A model generated the notes under the pieces. It ran no database searches. It was not told the origin of the DNA and worked only from the letters and a program-made list of their open reading frames with translations. DNA of 64,000 nucleotides from Myxococcota bacterium (GTDB lineage: Bacteria; Myxococcota_A; Polyangia; Nannocystales; Nannocystaceae): the NCBI GenBank assembly GCA_039194325.1, contig JBCCWC010000003.1, forward strand, positions 1 through 64,000, read 5' to 3'. This document shows positions 39,937-47,570 of this stretch, piece by piece. Each line of letters starts with the position of its first letter. Position 1 is the first letter of the stretch. Made by a program: the position numbers and the translations under genes.

Positions 39937-42900
39937 ATGCCCAACGGTGCCTCTGGGCGACTGGGAAATCCGCAGCTGCCGAGCTTCGACGGCGACGACC
40001 GCTTCGAGATCCGGTCCACGCTCGGTCGTGGCATGTCGAGCGTGGTCTACCGAGCACTAGATCGACAGCGGGGGGCCGAGCTGGCCCTCAAGGTCCTCGG
40101 GGTTCAGGGGTCGGCGAGCATGCTCGCGTTCAAGCGAGAGTTTCGGTCGATGGCCGACGTGTCCCATCCGAACCTGGTCAAGCTCTACGAGCTGCACGCG
40201 ACCGGAAACGAGCTGATGTTCACCATGGAGCTGGTGGACGGCAACGACTTCCTGGGCTACGTGCGACGACCAGTCGGCGCGGCCACGTCATGGGAGTCGG
40301 GCAGCACCCGGCCGCCGGCGCCCGAGCGCGACACGGTGGCGGAGTGGTCGTCGGGTTTGGCTCCTCCTCGGGTCCCGATCGCGATCGCGGGCGAGCTGGC
40401 CTGCTTTCCCCCGCTGGTGTCCGCGCAGCTGCCCACGCTGCGCGTGGTGACGGCCCAGCTCGTCCGAGGGCTGATGGCCCTCCACGACGCGGGCCACGTG
40501 CACCGCGACGTCAAGCCGTCCAACGTGATGGTGGACGACTCGGGGCGAGCGGTCCTGCTGGATTTCGGGGTGGCCGCCGAGCTGGCCGGCACGGCCCAGG
40601 CCGCCGGAACCCCGGCCTATATGTCGCCCGAGCAAGCACAGGGCAAAGATCCCCGCCCCTCGACCGACTTCTACGCGGTGGGGGTGATGCTGTACGAGGC
40701 ACTGACCGGTCGGCTACCGCACTCGAGCGAAGATCCGGTGAGCGACAAGCTGACCCGCGACCCCGATCCACCCAGCGTTATCACGCCGGATGTGCCGGTG
40801 GATCTCGATCGCCTCTGCGTGGCGCTGCTGGCCCGTGACCCGGTGATGCGACCCGAAGGCCCGGCGATCCTGGACCTGCTGTGCGGCAACTCGGAGCGCA
40901 CGCTGCCCCCGCGGAACCGCACCGAGGTCCCCCTGCTGGGCCGCGACCCAGAGCTGGCCCGGATCGAAGCGGCCATGCGCGAGGTCAAGGCCGGCGAGGG
41001 CCGGATCGTGCTGGTGACGGGGCGCTCGGGCATCGGCAAGAGCGCGCTGGTGCGGTGCTTCTTGGCCCGCCAGCGTCGCGAAGGCGCGGTGGTGCTCACC
41101 GGTCGCTGCTACGAACAAGAGTCGGTGCCCTACAAGGCGCTCGACGTGGTGATGGACGCGGTATGCCAGCACCTGGCGAGCATGCCGGAGAACGAGCGCG
41201 AAGAGGTGATGCCGCGCCATCGGTGGGCGCTGGGGCGGCTGTTCCCCGTGCTCAGCCAGTTCGGCAACCCCCCGTCATCCACACAGGCCTCGGCCCCCAG
41301 GCACAAGTCGATCGCCCCCGACGAGCTCAAGGAGCTCCGGCAGCGCCAGACGGTCGCGGTCAGCCACCCTCACTCGGACGAAGACAGCCTGGTGGAACCG
41401 GCTCGACTTCGAACGAAGGCACCGCACGACCGGCTCGACGCGGCCGATCTGGCGGCGTCTGCCCGATCGACGGTGGTGGTCAGCGCACCGATCCCCGGTC
41501 GCACCAGCGGCCACGAGCCCAACACATCCAACCCGGCACGGATCCGACGCCAGGGGGTCGCTGCGCTGCGTCAGCTGCTCGAGGCGCTGGCTCGACATGC
41601 GCCCCTCATCATCGCGATCGATGATCTGCAGTGGGGCGACGTCGATAGTGCCCAGGTGCTGGCCGAGGTGCTCAGCACACCCCAGCCGCCCTTGCTGCTG
41701 CTGGGTAGCTATCGACGCGAGGACGAGGAGACGAGCGTCTTCTTGCGCAACTTCCTCGCGTCCCAGGCCAGCCACGACGTGATCGCGCTCGATACGCTCG
41801 ACGACGACGCGGCGCTCGACTTGGCCCAGCGCCTGGCACCGATCAACCCGACCGGGGTCGACGCGACCCAGGTGGTCCGCGAAGCCAAGGGCGACCCCTT
41901 CTTGCTGGTAGAGCTGGCACGCTATGTGTCGAGCCGTAATGAGCCCGAGATGCCCGCCGAGGGCTTGACGGTCGAGGCGGTGGTCCGCACCCGGATCCGC
42001 AACCTCGCAACGCCCGCCCGTCGCCTGCTCGAAGCGATCACGGTGGCCGCCGGCCCGGTGGCGCGAGCCGTGGCCCGCCACGCCGCCGACATCGGGGCGA
42101 ACGAGAGCGCCGCGCTGGTGCAGCTGCGCGCGTCTCACCTGCTGCGGGTCAAGGGCACGCGCGGGGTCGAGGTCATCGAGACCTATCACGACCGGATCCG
42201 CGACGCCGTGCTGGCCGAGCTGAGCGACGAGGAACACCGAGCCTGGCACCTGCGGCTGGTCGAGGCGCTTCGGGCCGCAGGGACCGTCGATCACGAGCGG
42301 GTCGGCAAGCACCTCGAGGCCGGAGGGCGCCGGGCCCAGGCCGTGCCCCACTACTTGCGGGCCGCCGAGGCCTCGAGCGCGACGCTGGCGTTCGATCGTG
42401 CAGGCGAGCTGTACCGACGAGCCCTGGAGGCGGGGATCCCCTCGGTCGAGCGCGAGATCCGGGTGCGCAACGAGTACGCGGTGGTGCTGATGCGCCAGGC
42501 TCGGTTCGACGAGGCGGCCCAGGCGCTGCATCGAGCCCGCGCCATGCTGGAACCCGGCGTGGAGCGAGCTCGCATCGACCACAAGCTGGGCGAGGTGGAG
42601 CTCAACCGGGGTGACGTGGACGCGGCGACCGAGGCCCTCGAGCGCGCGCTCGCCGATCTGGACCAGCCGGTGCCCAAGGGTCGAGCGCGGCTGCTGCTGG
42701 GGAACCTACGCGAGGCGGCCGTGCAGCTGCGCAACACCTACGCGCCCCGCAAGGATCGCCCTCGCCCCGCCCAAGAGGCCGAGCGATTGGCCATGCGGAT
42801 CTATAGCCGCCTGACCCACGCCTACTCGTTCAGCCGGGGAAGCCTGGAGGTGTTCTGGCCCCACCTGCGGGAGCTCAACGCGGCCGAGCGCCACCTGCCG

Positions 42901-43923
42901 ACCCCCGAGCTCGGGCACGCGTATGCCGGGCACGGACTGATGCTGGCCACCGTGCCGTGGTTTCACCGCGGGCTGGCTTATGTGGATCGCAGCCTGGAGA
43001 TCCAGCGCCGCCTGGGCGACCGCTGGGGCGAGGCGCATGCCCTCCACCAGCAAGGGGTGGTGCTCTACGGCGCCTCGCGCTTCGCCGAGGCGGCCCGGGT
43101 CTCCACGGTGGCCGCCGAGCGCCTCGAGGCCATGGGTGACGCACCCGAGGCCCACGACGCGCTGCTCCACGCGGCCATGGCCATGCACCGGCTAGGACGA
43201 TCGACCGAGGCCACCAGCATCACCCGGCGGGTCCACGAGGAAGCCCTCGACACCGGCGACGTCTTCGCGGCCGCGACCAGCATCCTGGCGTGGACGCATG
43301 CGTCCGGGGGTCGGGTACCTTCGATGATGATCCAGATCCAGGTGGAGATCTCCGAGCAGATCCACCACCGATTCACCAAGCTGGTCACCATGCAGGCAAC
43401 AGGCCTGCGACTGCTCGGCGTGGGGCGACCCGACGAGGCCGCGATCACGCTCGACCAGACCGCCGACGAGCTGCGTCGGTGCGGCTTGATGAACACCGAG
43501 ACGCTGTCGGAGCTCGACGTGTGGCGGGCGACCGCGTGGCGTCGGGCGGCCGAGAACGCCCCCGATCCCCGTGCTCGCCGCAGCGCGCTCCGTCGGGCTC
43601 GCCGCAGCCTGACCCGAGGGCTATGGTCGGCTGGGCGGTTCCGCAATGGCCTGCCGCACGCGCTGCGAGAGGCAGGCCGTCTGGCTGCCTTGGCCGGGGG
43701 CCTGCGCCCAGCTCGTCGTCTGCTCGACGCCAGCTTGGCGGTCGCGTTGCGACAAGAGCAGACGCAAGAGGCCGCGATGACCCGATTGGTGCGCGGGGAG
43801 CTCTTTGGTGCTCGGGATCCAACGGTGGTGGCCGAGGCCAAGGCCGCGGTCGATAGCTGCGCCAGCCTGACGATCGGGCTGCGGCTCGACGGCGACCCAC
43901 GGATCCGGAGTCGCGTGGAATAG
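39937..43923 (+). CDS. Ser/Thr protein kinase - P-loop ATPase - TPR multidomain protein
   Basis: LGRGMSSVVY, ALK, HRDVKPSN, DFG, GTPAYMSPE; Walker A GRSGIGKS, Walker B IAIDDLQW; TPR-like C-terminus. Confidence 0.95.
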   Translation: MPNGASGRLGNPQLPSFDGDDRFEIRSTLGRGMSSVVYRALDRQRGAELALKVLGVQGSASMLAFKREFRSMADVSHPNLVKLYELHATGNELMFTMELVDGNDFLGYVRRPVGAATSWESGSTRPPAPERDTVAEWSSGLAPPRVPIAIAGELACFPPLVSAQLPTLRVVTAQLVRGLMALHDAGHVHRDVKPSNVMVDDSGRAVLLDFGVAAELAGTAQAAGTPAYMSPEQAQGKDPRPSTDFYAVGVMLYEALTGRLPHSSEDPVSDKLTRDPDPPSVITPDVPVDLDRLCVALLARDPVMRPEGPAILDLLCGNSERTLPPRNRTEVPLLGRDPELARIEAAMREVKAGEGRIVLVTGRSGIGKSALVRCFLARQRREGAVVLTGRCYEQESVPYKALDVVMDAVCQHLASMPENEREEVMPRHRWALGRLFPVLSQFGNPPSSTQASAPRHKSIAPDELKELRQRQTVAVSHPHSDEDSLVEPARLRTKAPHDRLDAADLAASARSTVVVSAPIPGRTSGHEPNTSNPARIRRQGVAALRQLLEALARHAPLIIAIDDLQWGDVDSAQVLAEVLSTPQPPLLLLGSYRREDEETSVFLRNFLASQASHDVIALDTLDDDAALDLAQRLAPINPTGVDATQVVREAKGDPFLLVELARYVSSRNEPEMPAEGLTVEAVVRTRIRNLATPARRLLEAITVAAGPVARAVARHAADIGANESAALVQLRASHLLRVKGTRGVEVIETYHDRIRDAVLAELSDEEHRAWHLRLVEALRAAGTVDHERVGKHLEAGGRRAQAVPHYLRAAEASSATLAFDRAGELYRRALEAGIPSVEREIRVRNEYAVVLMRQARFDEAAQALHRARAMLEPGVERARIDHKLGEVELNRGDVDAATEALERALADLDQPVPKGRARLLLGNLREAAVQLRNTYAPRKDRPRPAQEAERLAMRIYSRLTHAYSFSRGSLEVFWPHLRELNAAERHLPTPELGHAYAGHGLMLATVPWFHRGLAYVDRSLEIQRRLGDRWGEAHALHQQGVVLYGASRFAEAARVSTVAAERLEAMGDAPEAHDALLHAAMAMHRLGRSTEATSITRRVHEEALDTGDVFAAATSILAWTHASGGRVPSMMIQIQVEISEQIHHRFTKLVTMQATGLRLLGVGRPDEAAITLDQTADELRRCGLMNTETLSELDVWRATAWRRAAENAPDPRARRSALRRARRSLTRGLWSAGRFRNGLPHALREAGRLAALAGGLRPARRLLDASLAVALRQEQTQEAAMTRLVRGELFGARDPTVVAEAKAAVDSCASLTIGLRLDGDPRIRSRVE

Positions 43924-43990
43924 CGCCCGGGTACTAAACCGTAGGGCGACCGCGGCCTCGGCATCATATTCGGCATCAGATATAGACAGC

Positions 43991-44731
43991 TCAGTCGGCC
44001 TCGGGCTCGTCCACACTCCCAGTACCCTCAGCGTTCGACGCTGCCGGCCGCCCATCGGGGTTCCACAGCATGACCTCCTCGAGGGTCTTGCGGCGCAGAT
44101 CGGGCACCTCGGCATCGGCGGCGGGATAGCCCACCGGGAACAGAATGAAGGGTCGCTCGTTCTTGGGTCGCCCCAAGATCTCGCCCAAGAACTTCATGGG
44201 GCTCGGCGTGTGCGTGACGGTCGAGAGCCCCATCTGATGCAGCGCCGCGATGAATAGACCACACGCCAACCCTACACTCTCACGCACATAGTAGTTCTTG
44301 CGCGGCCGACCGTCGGGGAAGAAGCTGTGGATCTCCTCGAACGCCACGACCAGATACGGCGCGGTGTCGAGGTAGGGTTTGTGCCAATCGGTCCGCATCG
44401 GAGCCAGAGCCTCGAGCCACTCCTTGGACATACGACCCTCGTAGCTACGACGCTCCTCGGCCTCGGCGGCCTCCCGAATGCGGTGCTTGATCGCCGGATC
44501 GTCGACCACCACGAAACGCCACGGCTGCCGATGAGCCCCCGAGGGAGCCGTCGACGCCGTGCGGATCGCCAGCTCGATCGCCTCGCGCGGTACCGGCTCG
44601 TCACTGAAGTGACGTACGCTCCGACGCGCGTCCATCTGCTCGTAGAACGCCCGACCGCGACGCAAGGCCTCATCGAGAGGGACACGCGCAGGGCGATAGG
44701 GCACGAACGGATAACGGTCGTCTTGAGCCAT
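43991..44731 (-). CDS. nitroreductase family, iodotyrosine deiodinase-like
   Basis: RRSVRHFS, TAPSGAHRQPW, IREAAEAEERRSY, TDWHKPYL, YVRESVG, THTP. Confidence 0.9.
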   Translation of the reverse strand: MAQDDRYPFVPYRPARVPLDEALRRGRAFYEQMDARRSVRHFSDEPVPREAIELAIRTASTAPSGAHRQPWRFVVVDDPAIKHRIREAAEAEERRSYEGRMSKEWLEALAPMRTDWHKPYLDTAPYLVVAFEEIHSFFPDGRPRKNYYVRESVGLACGLFIAALHQMGLSTVTHTPSPMKFLGEILGRPKNERPFILFPVGYPAADAEVPDLRRKTLEEVMLWNPDGRPAASNAEGTGSVDEPEAD

Positions 44732-44817
44732 CGGCGTACAGCGCGAGTTATCGCGAAAGCAACGGGCTCGCCAACCCGAACCCGTCGATCCCTTCGCGAT
44801 AGCGCGTTGCAACCCGA

Positions 44818-45168
44818 TCAACGATCGGCCGATAAACGCTCATCGACCAGCTGCTGCACGAAGCTCCGGTCCTCGGGCCGGATTTCGGTAAAGAGCACCC
44901 CAATCCCACATGCAGGACCTTCCCCCGGTCGAATGCAGCGGACCACCACTCCACCGATCTCCAGCTGCCGCTCACCTACGTGTAGCTGCAACCGAATGGC
45001 GGTGCCCTCGGGCCGAGGGTTCTCCATACGAATGAACACCCCACCCTCGCTGATGTCGACGGTCCGACTGTCGTAGGCCGCTTCGGCTGATGCAAACCGC
45101 AAGCGCACCGTCAATGCGAGCTGGATCCGAGGAAATCGTCGCCGCTCAGGTCGCGAAGCTTGGCCCAA
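44818..45168 (-). CDS. PilZ domain protein (myxobacterial TIGR02266-like)
   Basis: RRRFPR and DISEGG c-di-GMP-binding motifs; start uncertain. Confidence 0.88.
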   Translation of the reverse strand: MGQASRPERRRFPRIQLALTVRLRFASAEAAYDSRTVDISEGGVFIRMENPRPEGTAIRLQLHVGERQLEIGGVVVRCIRPGEGPACGIGVLFTEIRPEDRSFVQQLVDERLSADR

Positions 45169-45386
45169 TTGGGTCGATTCGGCCGCCGCACCATCGCACT
45201 CCGCCGATGGCGTTCGTTGACCATGACCCCGCGACTTGTTCAAAACGTGATCTAGATGACCATGATCGCACGATGATTGCAAATCCAGGGAGGACGCTCG
45301 ACCGAGCCGATCGCACCCGAATCCCGAAGCCACCTTCACCGCGTTCGCCGGCTTCGCCGGCTTCGCCAGGTGGTATCGTGACAATC

Positions 45387-46553
45387 GTGACAGGTGAACG
45401 TGGGCTCGAGTCTCGAATCTTCCTACACGTAGGTGTCCTTGCGCTCCTGTGCGGAGCGTGCACGGTTGATGAGGTCGGGGGATCGGGCGAGGGAACCGAG
45501 TCGAGCAGCAGCAGTAGCGGCCCGGCGGCCGAATCGACCACGACCACCGGCGGGATGACCAGCCAAAGTTCACTCGACACGACGGCGAGCGAGGATCTGA
45601 CCGCGGGACCGTTCGACGACGTCTTCTACGCGGATCTGCCCCCGACCGGCGCGCTCGACTGTCGCGACACCCCACCGCCCGGCGCCGAGCTCCCGCCCCC
45701 GCTGCCCACGTACGAGGGTGCCTGCCCCGATCTTGCGCCCGGGCTCAACACGATCGACAGCTCGGGCTTCGTCCGCGAGTTCTTGCTGATCCTGCCCGAG
45801 GATCTCGACGACGACGAGCGCCTGCCGGTGGTGTTCCTGTGGCACTGGCTCGGCGGCTCGGCCGATGACTTCCTCGAGCAAGGCGACGTGCAGACGGCGG
45901 TCAATGAGTATCGCTTTGCCGCGGTGATCCCCGAGGCCAGAGGCGACCTGATCTTTCGTTGGCCCTTTACGATCCTCGACCCGGACGCCCGCGTAGACGA
46001 GGAATTCGAGTTCTTCGACGACATGCTCGCCTGCGTGGCCGAGCAATACATGGTCGCCGAGCACTGCATCTCCAGCGCGGGGGTGAGCGCGGGCGGCCTA
46101 TTCACCTCGCAGCTGGCCTCGGGCCGCGGTGAGCGGCTGGCCAGCTTCCTGTCGCTGTCGGGCGGCACCGGCGGCCTGGCCGTCAAGCCCTGGGGGGGCT
46201 CTTCTCACAAGATGCCCGCGATGGTGCTGTGGGGGGGAGAAGAAGATTTCTGCATCGCGGTGGACTTCAACAATACCTCGCTGGATCTCGAGGCCAACCT
46301 CGACGCCGATGGGCACTTCTTGTTGGAGTGCATCCATAATTGTAGGCACACCGCTCCGCCCTTCGACATGGCCCCAGGACAGACCGCCTTTGCGCCCATG
46401 TGGGAGTTCGTGCTGGCTCACCCGTATTGGCTGGAAGACGGGGAGTCACCGTATATGGACGAGGTGCCCGAGAACACTCCCCAGTGGTGCGGGGTGGGGC
46501 TGGGGGGATCGACACCCCGCGAAGGGGAGTGCGGGCCCGATCAGTGTATGTGA
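45387..46553 (+). CDS. alpha/beta-hydrolase lipoprotein (PHB depolymerase/esterase-like)
   Basis: Lipobox CGAC, LPVVFLWH..GGS, nucleophile GVSAGG, C-terminal D and H; start uncertain. Confidence 0.85.
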   Translation: MTGERGLESRIFLHVGVLALLCGACTVDEVGGSGEGTESSSSSSGPAAESTTTTGGMTSQSSLDTTASEDLTAGPFDDVFYADLPPTGALDCRDTPPPGAELPPPLPTYEGACPDLAPGLNTIDSSGFVREFLLILPEDLDDDERLPVVFLWHWLGGSADDFLEQGDVQTAVNEYRFAAVIPEARGDLIFRWPFTILDPDARVDEEFEFFDDMLACVAEQYMVAEHCISSAGVSAGGLFTSQLASGRGERLASFLSLSGGTGGLAVKPWGGSSHKMPAMVLWGGEEDFCIAVDFNNTSLDLEANLDADGHFLLECIHNCRHTAPPFDMAPGQTAFAPMWEFVLAHPYWLEDGESPYMDEVPENTPQWCGVGLGGSTPREGECGPDQCM

Positions 46554-46572
46554 GGGTCGAGCTCGCGAAACG

Positions 46573-46671
46573 ATGAATCCGTACCGACCACCGAGCGCAG
46601 CCTCGGTGGACGCGATCCTTGACCAGGCGCCGGACCACGAGCGCCTCGGAATCCGTGCGCTCGCGTGGATT
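46573..46671 (+). pseudogene. possible N-terminal fragment of an RDD-family-like gene
   Basis: MNPYRPPSAA...ERLGIRALAWI, after which the frame loses coding character and runs antisense into the ECF gene. Confidence 0.35.
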
Positions 46672-46836
46672 CCACACCGATGGCGATTCCGCGCGCCGCT
46701 CCACCGAACCGGCCCTCGGTCCGCGACGATCGTCGAACAAAAACTACCGTTCATCGATTTAATGGGGAACCTCCGATCGGGGTCGTGCATCCTGAAAGAC
46801 GCGATGACCCGCGACTGCCGGATACCGACCCTGCGG

Positions 46837-47436
46837 TCAGCGTCGCTCTCGGATCGACGCCACCCAGTGCTCGATCTGCGACAGCGTCGACTCCCGCACT
46901 TCGGGCTTGGCCTCGAGCTGCTCGATCTCCTTGGCGAGCCGACCCCGCGCACGATGCAGCCGAGTCTTGACGGTGTTGAGCGGGATCTGCATCACCTCGG
47001 CGACCTCTGCCAGCGTCAGCTCTTCCCAGTAGTGCAGCTCGATGACCAGCTGCTGCTCGTCGGGCAGCCGGCGCAGCGCCAGGAGCAACAATCGCTGTTC
47101 AGAGCGATAGTTGGCGAGCCACGATGCTCGCGTGGGCTCTTCGAGCTCCGCGTCCGTCTGAGCCGGCCGAGCACGCCCAGAGCGGAGGAACATCAGCAAT
47201 TCGTTGCGCGCAATGGCCAGCAGGTACGCGCGGATCCGGAGACCATCTCGGATCTGCGTGCTCGCCGTCACGCAGCGCTCGAACGTAGACTGCACGAGAT
47301 CGTCGACGGCGCTGGCCGGAGCTCGAGACTCGAAGAAACGCGTGACCGAGAAGAAATGGCGCCGAAACAGCTCGCTGCCCGCAGGCCGGCTTCCCGCCCT
47401 CCACTCGTCGAGGAGCTGACGATCCTCGGTCGCCAC
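46837..47436 (-). CDS. ECF RNA polymerase sigma factor with C-terminal extension
   Basis: DRQLLDEWRAG, DDLVQSTF, YLLAIARNEL, EVAEVMQIPLNTVKTRLHRAR. Confidence 0.93.
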   Translation of the reverse strand: MATEDRQLLDEWRAGSRPAGSELFRRHFFSVTRFFESRAPASAVDDLVQSTFERCVTASTQIRDGLRIRAYLLAIARNELLMFLRSGRARPAQTDAELEEPTRASWLANYRSEQRLLLLALRRLPDEQQLVIELHYWEELTLAEVAEVMQIPLNTVKTRLHRARGRLAKEIEQLEAKPEVRESTLSQIEHWVASIRERR

Positions 47437-47570
47437 GTTGCTCGATCGTCGTTCAATTCTGCGGGCGGTGCAAGCCGACCGACCCCCGCTGATCTTCACC
47501 GCTCTCCACCGATCCCTACCACGAGCGGGAGAGCGTCATCCTTCACCGCGCTGGGCATGCGAGGGTGAGC

